In this document: piece after piece, positions 45,965 to 61,264 of the stretch
Position numbering within the stretch: the first letter of the stretch is position 1
Layout of the letters: the number at the start of each line of letters is the position of its first letter
Source of the DNA: the human T2T-CHM13v2.0 reference genome, Homo sapiens
Assembly (NCBI RefSeq): GCF_009914755.1
Contig: NC_060930.1
Strand: one strand, 5' to 3'
DNA: 64,000 nt
Program-made: the position numbers and the translations under genes
Notes under the pieces: generated by a model
Told to the model about the DNA's origin: nothing
The model's input: the letters and a program-made list of their open reading frames with translations, nothing else
Databases searched by the model: none

Positions 45965-46702
45965 TATATCATTGTGTGATCATAGATTTATAGAATGTTA
46001 GCGGTCATTGGTCTCAGTAGCTCACTTTATTTTAATGGGTGACAAAACCCAATTGCGACGTCCCACCTTCAAGCTAAGCCCTTTCTTCCCAAGTCATTGC
46101 TCTTAACACTACCCCTGTAGCAACTGTTTTTACCCTGAAGACAGAATTATAAAGTTTACAACAGTGGGAGGAAATATGTGTTGGACATTAGAAATTTATG
46201 ATTACAAAGGCAATGAAATATGATACACAAAAAGCAATAGAATCTCTGGTGATTGTAGAACAGGAATACTTTAAGTCTTTTTGAGGCAGAGATAGAAAAG
46301 ATGTACTCTTGAGTTCCCTTCTGTTTTTTTGCTGGGGGTTATAACCAGATAATTTTCTCTTGCAAACTCTGGTCAATCTTGTATTTTGTGATGAATAATT
46401 AAAATAGGAAATGAATATTTTGAACTTTGAGCTTCACTTGTCAGTGAGCATTGGACTGGGAATAAGGAAAGCAGTTTATTTTCTGCTGTCACCTTTCAAC
46501 CATTCCTTATCTAGTTTCGTCGTAGGTGTGGTATCCTGACTCTTTCACAAACTCCCTGAGAATGGCCTAGTAGATTGATGTAAGGTATAAAATGTTTGGA
46601 ATTTGAACAAATGAAAGATGTTGAAGTACAAATGACATTTAAAAAATATGTCAGTGACATTATGTATACATTAAAATTTTTCTTATATGTGCATATTGCT
46701 AG

Positions 46703-47110
<408 letters not shown>

Positions 47111-47642
47111 TGTGTAGATGTCTTTTCCTGGATATCCTCCAGCTTCTAGAAGTACCTTGTGCTTTTCTTTCTCAGCCATACAGCTTCCTTGCTAGCCTGT
47201 TTAACCTTGTAGTTTGAACCCTTGTAACTCTATTATCTCCCAGGTTTATGTCTCATTTTCTGACAAGGAAAGATCTAATAATAATACTTTAGGTTACTTT
47301 TCATCTTTCATTAAAATTATCATGCCTTTGATTTAATTTACCATAAATATGGATAAATCAGAGCCTCTCTCTGTAAGCCTGAATTATCTTAATGAGAGTG
47401 GATGAGTGGATGAAGCAAAAATATTTGGCACTTGGGTAGGACAGGTGAATATTTAATTATTTTGACACACTTTGGGAAAAAGTACTCTGAGCTCCATAAA
47501 TGTTGTTGTTCCCCCAACCCCACCTATTTTCAAAAGCAACATTGTTAGCCAGAAGAAAAATAAGGTCAGATAATACCTTATTGTTATCTCTCTTAAATTT
47601 GTCATTCTCAGTTTAATTCTCAGATACTTGCTCTTGTACTAG

Positions 47643-47983
<341 letters not shown>

Positions 47984-50499
47984 GAGAGATCTTATATATA
48001 TGTTCACCCATTTTGTCCTGATGGTAACTGCACATGCATATTTAAAGGTCATGGATTATATAAAATTATATGTAATTTGTATATGCTCGTAATATAAATT
48101 TTAAAATGTTACTTTTCCTAGTTATGAACAGATTTAAATTCTCCATGTCTGCACAGACATCAGACTTCAATATTTACCAAATTATTATTTAATATTTACC
48201 AAGCCGTTTTAAAAGTTATTGACCATGGTTTTTCAGAGAATATCACATTCATTTTTTTTTTTAGCCTCCAAGTTGTTTGAGATAAAGCACTTTAAAATCT
48301 GTAAATGTTGCAGTCACTGGAAAATTTATCCCAAGCCACAAGAATTCATTCATGTAACATTAGGAGAGTTGTCATCATCTTGACGTCATTTATGATCTTC
48401 CTCACATTTCAAGGCTGTTACTGCATTGCTTTCTAGAAGATCTTCAGAGGCCTTCTTCAATGGCAGCTACTATTTGTAATCACTCTCCAGAAATAAGTAT
48501 TAAATCTGTGTTTAAAACCGAATCCTCCCCTTTTTATAAAACTAGTTTGTTGTTGTAACCATGACAAAGTATCCAATATTAGAGTTGGCTTGACATCCTT
48601 CCATACCTCAGTGTCCCTGACTAGTGATGAGAACTTCACTGTCTCAGCCATTTCACAGACTAACTGGAGAGATGCCTCTGGGACTGGGACTCTACATTCC
48701 TCTTTTGAAATCCCAAACACCATTCCTTTCCCTGGGCATGACTGCATACTTGGATTTCTCTTTCTCACTTCCAGGTTTTTTTTGAAGCTTTTTTTTTTTT
48801 TTTTTTTTTGGCCCTTGTTAGTATTTAGTATAAAATAATTGGTGTCTGCCTCAAAAGTAAGGATTTAATTGTAAAGCAATTCCTTCTTTCTGAAAGATAA
48901 CTTTAGGGAAGAAAACCTTATCTTATGTTTGGGGATATATAGTGGGACAGTTGCAATCATTGTATATATTGGGTGTGTTAGAGTTGATAGCCTCATTAAG
49001 TTTCTCTTATGTGGAAAAATTATTTGGCATTTTAATTCACTTCATTGTTTTTTTTTTTCTCCTTTTCTACAGGGGCTTTCATTCATATATTTTAATTTTT
49101 CTTGTTCTTCTTTTGACTAGTTTATTGATGGCCATGCCTCATCTTGTCTGTAATTGTTAGATGGTGCTGGACTAAACTTTCAGTAATATATACAGGGCCA
49201 CAGATGATAATGGGACTAGTTTTACATCTATACACTATAACTTTTAGTGCAAGTACTTGAAACACACAAAAATCGAGGCATTTTGCTCTGCTGTCCTTGA
49301 ATTTGGGCATAAAATGCTAAAACCACTGCTAATTACAGTAACCCACTTGGAATCTAAATTGTTACATTAAAATTAGTTTTTAAAGTGAGCAGGATCCATA
49401 TTGCTACATTATAGAAACTAATACCCTTATTAACAGCTCCATCTTCTCCATTGTAATATTTCCTTAAAAAGAAAATTTGCAGACATGGTCTGAATGATTT
49501 AGAGTGATGTGTAACAGTTTGGACAGGCTGGTTGCACCCCTGAAAGCCTCCTTTGTCATTGCCAGCTAGGATGTCATCTGTTTGAACTGGTCTTTTTCGT
49601 GTTTGCCTAGGGTGAGTAGAGAGTGGTGATTTAGTAGAGCTGTTGGCTGCTTCCTGGCTGCTGTAGGAAGTTAGTTTTTCTGGCTATATGTGTATGAGGC
49701 GGGAAGCAGATTGTTAGGAGTCTTTAATATTCTAATTTTACCTCTGAGAAAACTGGGATGACTTAGAGTGTAGTAGGTATTGTGGTTTGTTTTTCCCTTC
49801 CTTTCCTTTACCACCCCACTCCTCGCCGCCTTCTCCTTCTCTTTGTCCTCTTACCCATCCCTCCCCTTTCCTCCTTTGTCTGGATTATTAGAAGAGGTTG
49901 AATTCAGAAATGTGACTAATTTTTACAGATTGTGTTTTTACAGACTAGTTTTTAGAAATGTGACAGTTTTTACAGATTGACTCCCTTCACTGAAGAAGGA
50001 ACTTTCTTTGTAGTCTAGATTTTTTTAGTTTTATGATACATGTCTAGTGTAGAGAAGTTCAGGGACCATAGGACTGGAAGAGCTTGGTATACTTACGTGC
50101 TGGTACTGTTTTTTTTTATACTTTTCTCTATTTTTCTTGTGCCCTAGGTTTTTCCTTCCAGTTGGGTTAAAAAAAAAAAGTTGTTGAGGAACATTGATAT
50201 GGTGAAAGAGTTGTTTTTTATTTCCATATTTATATTAAAATAGTTTTTTGCATGTGTATGTTTCTCTGAGTGGGGAGAGATAGTAGTCTTGTGTATGTGT
50301 CAGGAAAATATTATAAGATGTTTCCAGAATTCCCAGAAATTAGGACTGTTACTAGAATTCCCCAAGATGAATTAGCATGAAGGCTAATTTGTCATTAAAA
50401 CATTGATATCCTTCAAAATTGAAAAAAAAATTTAGAAGAAACATTTAACAACATAATCATTTCTGCCATCAAGTAAAAATTAAAAAGTACAACAGTGTT

Positions 50500-50838
50500 G
50501 GCCAGGTGCAGTGGCTCATACCTGTAATCGCAGCACTTTGGGTGGCTGAGGCAGGTAGATTGCTTGAGCTCACTAGTCAGAGACCTGCCTGGGCAACATG
50601 GCAAAACCCCATCTCTGCAAAAAAAAAAAAAAAACAAACCCACACAAAAATTAGCTGAGTGTGGTGGCATGTACCTGTAGTCCCAGTTACTTTGGAGGCT
50701 AAGGTGGGAGGATGGCTTGTGCCCAGGAGGCGGAGGTCACAGTGAGCCGAGATCACACCACTGCACTCCAGCCTGGGCAATAGAGCCAGGCCTTGTCTCA
50801 TAAATGAAATATAAAATATAAAATAAAATAAAATAAAA
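50500..50838 (+). mobile_element. AluJb-like
   Basis: Sense dimer with (TAAAA)n tail. Confidence 0.88.
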
Positions 50839-51249
50839 CGTTGTTGGCAAAGATGTATTCAAAATAGTATGTAGAACTTACCTGGAAGGTAATTTTGCAA
50901 TATTTACCAAAATATACTTTTTCATCTAGTAAGGTCTCCTTCTCAGAATCAGTCTTAAAGCCATTCAAATACAGATTTATGATTAAAGATTTAAGTCCAA
51001 AAATGCTCATTATAGCAATATTTATAATAGGAAAAATTGGGGAAAAACAATTATACATCCAACAGTAGTAAGAGTGTGACTACATTATAGTATTAGTATG
51101 TAATGGATTGTCACAGAGCAACACACATGTTTTTGAAGAATATTTAAGGCGTGATAAATATTAAATGTAAATGTAAATTGAAAAAATGATATCTGTAGAT
51201 TTTCATTATGCATTTCTTTATGAAATTTTTGTATATACACAAAAGAAAA

Positions 51250-52553
51250 TAGTCATGCATTGCTTCATGACGGGGACATATTCTGAGAAATGTGCTGTTA
51301 GTCGGTTTCATTGTGGAAACAAATGTTGAACATCATAGAGTGTCCTTACACAAACCTAGGTGGTATAGCCTACTCCACACCTACACTATATGGTATAGCC
51401 TGTTGCTCCTAGGCTACAAACCTGTAGAACATGTTACTATATTGAATACTGTAGGCAGTTGTATTTGTGTATCTAAACATAGAAAAGGTGTGGTAAAAAT
51501 GTGGCATGAAAGATAAAAAAGTGTACACCTGTCCCAGGCACTTACCATGAATGGAGCTTACAAGACTGGAAATTGCTCTGGGTGAGTCAGTGAATGAGTA
51601 GTGAGTGAATGTGAGGGTCCTAGGACATTATGTTACTGTGGATGTTATAAGCACTGTACACTTAGGCTACACTAAGTTTATTTTTAAAATTTTCTTTAAT
51701 AATAAATTAGCTTTAGCTTACTATAGCTTTTTTACCTTATAAACTTTAAAAAAATTTTAAACTGATGACTCTTTTGTAATCACACTTAGCTTAAAACACA
51801 AACACATTGTATAGTTACACAGAAATATTTTCATTATATCCTTATTCTATAAGTTTTCTTTATTGATTGATTGACAGAGTCTCACTCTGTTGCCTAGGCT
51901 GGACTCAAAAGTCCTGGGCTTAAGTGATCCTTCCTTCTCAGCATCCTGAGTAGCTGGGACTACAGGTGCATGCCACCAGGCCTGGCACCTTTATTTAAAA
52001 AATATTTTATTTTTTGCTTTTAAAGCTTTTTTGTTAGGCCCCAGCACACAGACATGCACACAATTATCCTAGGCCTGCACAGAGTCAGGAGCATCACTGT
52101 CTTCTGCTTCCACATCTTTTCCCACTGGAAGGTCTTCAGGGGTAGTAATTGGTATGGAGCTGTCATCTCCATGATAACAATGCCTTCTTCTGGATACCTC
52201 CTGAAAGAGCTGCCTAAGGCTGCTTTACAGTTAACAACTACTTCTTCCTCTTCTTTTTTTAGTAAGTAGAAGAATTACAGTCTAAAATAATGATATAAAG
52301 TATAGTAAATACACAAACCAATCACATAGATGTTTATCATTTTTTATCAAGTATTATGTACTATACATAACTGTATGTGCTAGACTTTTATATGACTGAC
52401 AGCACAGTTGGTTTGTTTACTGTGTTGCTCTAACACTACAGCTATGATGCCATTAGGTGACAGGAAGTTTTTGGCTGCATAATAATCTTATGGGACTTCT
52501 GTTGTGTATGTGAACTGTCATTGATGAAAGTATCATTATGCAGTGCATGACTA
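51250..52553. mobile_element. Tigger3 (Golem) deletion derivative, Tigger3b-like
   Basis: TIR-like TAGTCATGCATTGC / GCAGTGCATGACTA; internal GGTATAGCCTACT...CTAGGCTACAAACCTG motifs. Confidence 0.85.
51861..51987 (-). mobile_element. Alu monomer in Tigger3
   Basis: GACAGAGTCTCACTCTGTTGCC...AGCTGGGACTACAGG. Confidence 0.8.
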
Positions 52554-53286
52554 TATGTAATGTGTATATATGGTATGAAGCATAATAAAATGAACACCTG
52601 TGAACATACCATACAACAACCAATACTGTAAATATAATAAATTCTGAATTATAGATATCTATCTAAAAAAGTATTTCTTATTTTGGGGAATTATAAATGA
52701 GTTTTAGTTTTTACTTTTTGTTTTTTTTTCTACATTCTGTTCAAGGGGTATGTATTTTCAAAACCAGAACATACTATTAAACATTATTAGAAAAAGAAAA
52801 AAATTTAAGCAGATTTCTCACTCCGTGTCATTAGAAAGAAACTTTTAAAAGTGTCTGCCACCTGTTATATTCTGAGTGACAGATCATGGCCAGATACATA
52901 GGATGACGTTATCTACCAGCCATAGGTAATGCATTGTGACAGAGCTCCAGAAAGATGACAGGCTGACAGCCACAGGAATTGTGGAGAACCTGTCTTCTAG
53001 CTGGTGTTTGACCTCTACAAAATACATTTCAAATATCTACTTAAGTGCTTTTTTTTTTTTTTTTTTAATGGTTCAGGCCTTCAAAAGAGATTTTATTTCT
53101 TCATTTAACAAGCATTTATTGGGTACCTGTTAAATACCAACCAAGAGTGACCAAAGGAGTCTTTGCTCTTATGGCACTTACATTCTAGTGGTGAAAGATA
53201 GCAGGCAAACAGGCATGTGGTGAGATATCAAAGAATGATGTGAAAGAAGAAAACAGGAAGAGGAACTGATTTAAATTGGGTGGTCA

Positions 53287-53576
53287 GGCCACAGGAGTTG
53301 TAGCTCACACCTGTAATCCCAGCATTTTGGGAGGCTGAGGTGGGAGGATCACCTGAGCCCAGGAGTTTGAGATCAGCCTGGGCAACAAAGTAAGACACCA
53401 TCTTTACAAAAAATAATGGACTGATGTGTGCCTAGAGTCTTATCTGCTTGGGAGGCTATAGTGGGAGGATGGCTTGAGCCTAGGAGGTCAAGGCTGCAGT
53501 GAGCTATGATTGGGCACTCTGGTCTGGGCAACAGAATGAGACCCAGTCTCAAAAAAACAAAAAATAAAAAAATAAA
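53287..53576 (+). mobile_element. AluJ
   Basis: Diverged dimer; flanking repeat TAAATTGGGT. Confidence 0.85.
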
Positions 53577-54077
53577 TTGGGTTGTTGAGGGAAGGCCAGT
53601 GAGGAGGTTTGAACTAGGATATGAGCAACAAGAAAGAGACAGCATTACAGTGATTTGGGGGTACAGGGAACAGCATGGGCATGAGCCCTACAGCACAGTC
53701 AGAGAACAGAGAAAAGGCAAGCATGGTTGAAATGTGGTGAATGAGGGGGCAGAATGATAAGAGAGCAAGAGGGGAAGTAGGCATAGTCAGATCACAAGGA
53801 GACTTCCAGACTTTTTTTTTTAAAAACTTTCTCCAGGTAAAAAGTTTGGATTTTATACTCAATAGGAAATTGTTGGATAGTGTTAAGCAAGAAAATAACA
53901 CGCTCCAACTTGTTTTAAAAGATGACCATAGCTGCTATGTGGAAAAATCATTGTATAGGGTCAAGAATGGGAACGAGAAGACCAATAAAAAGCTATTTAC
54001 AGTGGCCTAGGTGAGAGTTAATGGTGGCCATCATAGAAGCATTAAGGAAGGAGAGGAATACATAGATTTGAGATCTA

Positions 54078-54525
<448 letters not shown>

Positions 54526-54954
54526 TCAGGCAAATTTGTGGGAAATACTGAGAATTCTAATTTGAAATACTAAGTTTGAGTCAAACGTTGAGATGTCAAA
54601 TAGGCAGTTAGATATGTGAGTTTGGAGCAAGGTAAAGAGATTTGGGATTGAAGGTAAACATTTTTGCATCTTTCGTGTATAGATACAGTATTTTAAAACC
54701 ATGAAAGTGTGGGAGATCACTACCAAATGAAAAGTAGAGGTAATGAAGACTGAGTTTCTGGACCTCCAGTTAAGGGTCTTTGCAGGGGAGGAGCAGTAGC
54801 AAAGGTGGCTAAATGGGAGCAGTTGTGGTGGAAGAGGGTTGTTTGATCTGGGATTTGAGTGACATGAAGGTATGTGAAGAGTGTTCCGGAAAGAAGGATG
54901 GATCTAGCTGAATGCTACTGAGAGGGAATATGCTATGATCAGATACATAACCCT

Positions 54955-55417
54955 TGTATATTAGTTTTCTGAGGCTATTGTAACAAATTACCACAAAGTT
55001 GGTGACAGAATAATAGAAATTTATTTTCTCAAAGTTCTGGAGACTAGAAGTCCAAGATCTGGGAGGGCTTCCTTCCCTCCAAGGTGGCTCTGAGGGAGAA
55101 TCCATTCTTCACCTCTTCCAGCTTCTGGGGGCTGCCCCAGCATTCCTGGGCTTGTAACCCTGTTACTCCAGCTTCTGCCTCCATCTTCATGTGGCTGTTT
55201 ACTTTGGGTGTCTTTCTGAATTCCCTTTGCTACTCCCTTGCAAAAATGTTCTTTGCCTCTCTCTCTTGTGATGTCATTTAGGGTTCACCTGGATAATCCA
55301 GGGTAATCTCATCTCAAAATCATTAATTAATTTGGAAAGGACCCTCCACCCCCTGAGTAAGGTAACTTCGGGATTAAGACTTGATATCTTTTGGTAGCCA
55401 TTATTCAACCTACTACC
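54955..55417 (-). mobile_element. MLT1C/D-like MaLR solo LTR
   Basis: GGCTATTGTAACAAATTACCACAAA...AGAAATTTATTTTCTCAAAGTTCTGGAGACTAGAAGTCC...ATTATTCAACCTACTAC. Confidence 0.8.
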
Positions 55418-56594
55418 CCTTGGTTTTAGAAACGTGGTACCCATTGGAGAGCTCAATAAGAGTAGTTTCACTGCTCCAGTGAAACTTTACCTTTCATGCT
55501 TACTGTCAAAAAGAGAGCTCTGTTGTCTGTTCCAAGACCATGCAAGTTGATTACACTGCTTTTTGTTAGGTAGCGAGTAGTTGTATGCCTGTGATTAGCT
55601 TCAAGTTTCCCATGTTCAACATGAGAAAGGATCAAAGTTCCCGGAAGTCTCTGCCAGTTCTTTTGGATTCAGTGTTCTTGACCCATGTGATCCAAGCTGG
55701 CATTGTTTAGAATGACCATTATTTCGGTAGCCAAAGTCTGGTTTATTTTAGATTTAAAACATCTCTGTTTTGAGTAATAATATCAGTAGTTATATTATTT
55801 CTTTTATAACCTGATTGACAACCATGTTGCTGAAAAATTTCTATCCAGAATGTGGAATGGATGTCATTTAGGTAATACATAGGTATGGTAGGCATTTTAA
55901 ATACATAAATTATCTGAAGAGAGATCAAGGGACTCTGAGAAAAAGGCCATTTTGCCATTTTTTTAAACCAGGTTTCTGAAACTCAGATGTTAAAACTGGC
56001 ACACTGGTTGCCAAGTTATCCTCTGAAGGCTTTCCATGATTCCTGCTGGGCAATTGGGAGTAGCAGAAGTTATATGAGTTATATCTGGCTTTTTGTGGCA
56101 TTGCGTGGACAAGAGATAGTGACCGCATCAGAAGGGCGCCTGATTCTCTGGCAGGGAATTCTGGCCCCTTCAGAGAAGTTGAGTGGAGATGAGAGGGGAG
56201 GGGACAATCCCAATATTCCAACAATAGAGAATGTTCTGCAAACTACAGATGTGTGTATACTGCATCCATACTAGTCATCTCTTTAGGATGGAGAGGCGCC
56301 TCTAGTTCAAGTTCAGTTAGTTAAAACAGGCATGTAGGATTTTCTTCATTCTCACTTCTTCCTTGCGTTGGAACTGAAATGACTGGGAATCTTGGGTTGT
56401 TTTCCTATATGCCTGCAGGGTCAGGGAGAGCAGAAGTTGTGCTTCTTCTAGATGAGAAGCTTTACTTTCTCAGGGAACTGACTTGATTTCCATAGACATT
56501 CTCACAAACCACCAGAGTGCTGGTTCTGGACTGGTATATGCCCCTCAGCTTCTATATTGGGGCAGAGGCCGAAGTTTGGCATGATGAATAGAAT

Positions 56595-56760
56595 ACAGGT
56601 GTTGGAATTAGACCAGATTAATTCACTTACTAGTTCTGTAATCTTCGGCAAGTTACATACCCTCTTGGGACCTCTGTTTTCTCAATGGTAAAATGGGGTT
56701 GAAGGTATCTGGTATTGTGCCTGCCACATTATAGGCATGTAATAAATGTTAGATGCTACC
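56595..56760. mobile_element. MIR
   Basis: CTTCGGCAAGTTAC...CCTCTGTTTTCTCAATGGTAAAATGGGG core. Confidence 0.6.
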
Positions 56761-57226
56761 ATTAACACATCTCTTTATCTTTTTACTCATCTTATTCACT
56801 TGTTGATACTCAATTTTCCTCATTGCTGTTGTGTTTATATTAAGCAGGATTCTAAAGGAATATCTACTTGTTGACAGCATCTTTTTTGGGAAAGAAATAA
56901 TGACCCCCTTTCCCCCATCTTGTGACAATTGCTGTTAGGTCTTTGGTTCCAGCACATGGGGCAAACAATCAGCATCAGAGAATACTTCCTGAGGGAGGCT
57001 TGCTTTAATTGTAAAACATAGTAAAGAGGGCAAAAGAAGGTTGGCTTATTCTATTTTTAGGGGCAGTTCTGGTCAAAGGCTCAAATCTTGGGAATGGAGT
57101 TGCTGAGGAATGAAGTTTTAAATAGGTCAGCTTGCCTAACGTAGAGCACTCCAGGAGGTCTTTGGAAGGAAGAGCTGTTAAGAATGAGTCCGCTTGGGAG
57201 AGGATCAGGAAGGGAAGCAGCGGTGA

Positions 57227-57553
<327 letters not shown>

Positions 57554-57806
57554 AGAAAAGTCATTATTGATTGCCCACCATGTAGTCCCTAGGGTGCTGT
57601 GCTGTCAGGTGCTGTGTTGTGAACAAAGGATGTTGGGTTGGCCTTTGGAGATAGCTTACACCCAAGGTCAGATATTTTTCTGTAGTTCCTAGCTTTGTGA
57701 CCTAGAACAGTCTGCCCACCTATGTAATGGGGATGAGACTGTATGTCTTTGATTTCTAAGACCCCCTTCTAAGTTGAATAATGCCTTGGCAGAGGAAGGG
57801 GTAACA

Positions 57807-57921
57807 TAGTGTTCCATTATTGGAACACTAAGCATGTGGGAATTATTTATATCCTGCTCAAGGTCATTGCCCTGGTCTCACTGCAAAAATTCAAAAAATT
57901 CCAACCTCTGGCATAAACGGG
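57807..57921 (+). mobile_element. MER85 (piggyBac/PGBD3-derived MITE), 5' TIR missing
   Basis: TAGTGTTCCATTATTGGAACACTAAGCATGTGGG...GCTCAAGGTCA...TGCAAAAATTCAAAAAATT...GGCATAAACGGG followed by TTAA (57922-57925). Confidence 0.9.
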
Positions 57922-58694
57922 TTAAATTATTCATCGCTTGTAACCAATTCTAAGGTATTTCCTTGTTACAGAAATGCTAATGTGATTTTTTTAAAAGTGC
58001 GTTTTAAAAGCAAAACAATATGGTAATACCCATCTTAGTGATGTTGGGACGATTAATAAGATAATGTATGCGAAATGCCCATCCAAGTTAGTATTCAGTG
58101 AATTGTAGCTATTATTAATGGATGAAAGGACATGAAAACTAATTTGATTGGCGTATCTGAAGAAAGAATTTTAAACAAGAAGGTCATAATGTGATTAGGA
58201 TCTGAAATAGGAAAGATCAAAGTTCAGCTAATGTTATAGAGATAAATGACTGTGTATATGAGGAGAAAGTTTTACCCATTTACGAAGTATTTGTGATAAC
58301 TTCATATATTTTTCTGTATGAAAAGAGGGAATGTGGTAATCATGTGGTTTAAATTGACTCCCATACCATCTTCTGGGCATTTTATAATGTTTCTGAACTT
58401 GCTGCTATATAAGCTGCTAATATACGCAATAAATAAAAGCAAACATTGGCTAATTTACAGGTAAAAAATAAAAATAAAAACCAAGTGTTTATATTTTTGT
58501 TTTTTTTTTTTAATTTTTATTTTGTTGAGGGGGGAGTGGTGGCTAGCTAGGGACTTGTTATTAATTTATCAGTTTATTAGTTCAGTTGCCTGACCAGAAA
58601 GTTCTTTGCCTACGTTTCTGACATCTTATGTTTTGATTAGAGTGATATGGAGTTTTTAGCTCTTCTTTCTTTCTTTTCTTTTTGTTTGCCCCAG

Positions 58695-58735
58695 GTCCAG
58701 CAAGACTATGAATCTCTGTTCCAAATGCTTTGCTG
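58695..58735 (+). CDS. ZFAND3: ZFAND3 internal coding exon (exon 2, 41 nt), C-terminal half of the A20-type zinc finger
   Basis: Polypyrimidine tract (~58660-58692) and cccag| acceptor, then G TCC AGC AAG ACT ATG AAT CTC TGT TCC AAA TGC TTT GCT G, then |gtaagt donor. Translation (G)SSKTMNLCSKCFA(D) matches the recalled ZFAND3 N-terminus ...CPCGFWGSSKTMNLCSKCFADFQKK. Confidence 0.95.
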
Positions 58736-58946
58736 GTAAGTGCAGAAAAAGGGTTTTTTAATTTACTTTCATTTTTCTTTCTTTTTTTTTTTTTGGTTCT
58801 TTTTAAGACTAAATCATTTGACCCTAAAGGATTTATGCATGGGGTTTTGTTTTCTTAGCTTGTGTGAGAAAGCAGTTTCACCTTACCAAGGTGCTTCATA
58901 TATTTGCCTAGGACGGTTGAAACAGTTTTCCTTGAATGAAATCCTA

Positions 58947-59294
<348 letters not shown>

Positions 59295-59561
59295 TCATTC
59301 AAATCACCTCGGGTAAGTCACGTAATCTCTTTGGACCTTGGATTCATCATTATAAAATGAAGGACTTGGGCTTGACATGTGCCAAGGTCCTTTTCTAGCC
59401 CCAGAGGTAATTGGTTAACTTCTGGAATTATGACTCCTTCATGAAGTTGAAACTTTTAGGTCTTTTTATTTTTACTTTTTAAAAAACTTTCTATCTAGCG
59501 ATCCTATATAAATAAGTCTTTGCTAATTAGGATATGTTTAACTTTCCTTCTTTATTCATTT

Positions 59562-60465
59562 TGTCAAAGGTAAACAAAGCTGCATACTAGCTAAAGTTCT
59601 AAGGACAGGTTTTAGTCAGTAATACACTTTTGCAATAGGGAAGAGAGTCCAGTATGAAATGAAGTCAATGTTGATTTGCAGAGATGACTGGGAGTTTTAA
59701 AGGGAGAATGGCAGGGGACTTGGCAGGGTGGATAAACGGAATCTGTAGACTCAAAGAAGTGAAGAATTTAAAAAGATTGGTAAAATATGGTGATTAGGCC
59801 AGCTGTGCCTGTTAGCTGACACTGTGACTGGGGAATAGATACCCTATTTTTCCTGATGGTTACATTTTTAAAGGAATGGCTTTCAGGTCCTTGAGAAAGA
59901 CACTCCTGAGTTGTAGGAGTACAGCTCAAAGGGACAGAGGAAGGATTCACAGTTGTAAGCCCTTTTTAGTAAATGATCTAAGAGGATAGTTAGGGCCTAT
60001 CTTCAGATGCTGGCTAGAACAAACAGTAGATTCTTTGGCAGCCTTGAGCTTTAAGAGGCAGACAATTTGAGAGAGGCTAGGGTCATCCTAGGGAGGTAAC
60101 CTTGAGCTGTTAGAAATGTTAGTATTTAAAATTAGCTGGATGTGGTGGTGTGCACCTGTAGTCCCAGCTACTCCGGAGGCTGAGGCAGGAGAATTGCTTG
60201 AACCTGGGAGGCAGAGGTGCAGTGAGCTGAGATTGCGCCACTGCACTCCATCCTGGTAACAGAGTGAGACTCCGTCTCAAAAAAAAAAAAACAAAAAAAA
60301 AACCAACCAAACAAAAAAAAGAAATGTTAGTGTGTGTAAGTCTTTTAATGTGAAAGGAGGGAGTGGACCAAATCATTTGTTTTGAGAGTCTGTAGTTTTT
60401 AAAGGTCCAGGTTGAGGCCTGGTCCAGAAGAGGGCTCAGAGGAGGCTGGCTAGATTTTTATTAAA
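59562..60465 (-). mobile_element. ERV1-class solo LTR, MER67-like, interrupted by an Alu
   Basis: TGTCAAAGGTAAACAAAGCTG...TTGCAATAGGGAAGAGAG...GGAATGGCTTTCAGGTCCTTGAGAAAGACA motifs. Confidence 0.6.
60127..60320 (+). mobile_element. Alu right arm (5'-truncated) in the LTR
   Basis: TSD AGAAATGTTAGT. Confidence 0.85.
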
Positions 60466-60724
60466 GAGATTTTTTTTGTTGTTGTTAATTTTAATCTATT
60501 CATTATGCTATTTGGGCAAGGAAGTAATCATGGTGTAAGCTTTAGACCGTTACATTTGTGCCTAAACTAGGGGTTAGATGGGAAAGAATTGGGGAAGCTG
60601 ACAGCTTTTATAGGTTCAAAATTTGGAATTTGTCAGATACTTAGGTTTTTAAAAGAAAAGAAATATTGGTGGGTTTTTATTCAGCTTTTAGCAGTATTTG
60701 TGCCATGTTAAAGGACTGTATTCA

Positions 60725-61022
<298 letters not shown>

Positions 61023-61142
61023 GGACTGTATTCTGCTGCTTACCTTATGTATCTACAATTACAGATATGAAGAAATGCTTCTTCACTGATGAAAGGTTAA
61101 CTTTATAGTGAAGACGAAAGTAGCAGTGAGACAAAATGTATA

Positions 61143-61264
61143 CAGGTTGAGAACCCCAAATCCCAAATCTGAAATGCTCCAAAGTGCAAATGTTCCAAAA
61201 TCTGAGAAAAACAAATCCCAACACTTCTGGTCTCAAGCATTTTGAATTAGGGGTACTCAACCTG
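61143..61264. mobile_element. Tigger4/MER46 (Zombi) short MITE
   Basis: TA|CAGGTTGAG ... CTCAACCTG|TA; internal AAATCTGAAATGCTCCAAA and ACACTTCTGGTCTCAAGCATTTT. Confidence 0.85.
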
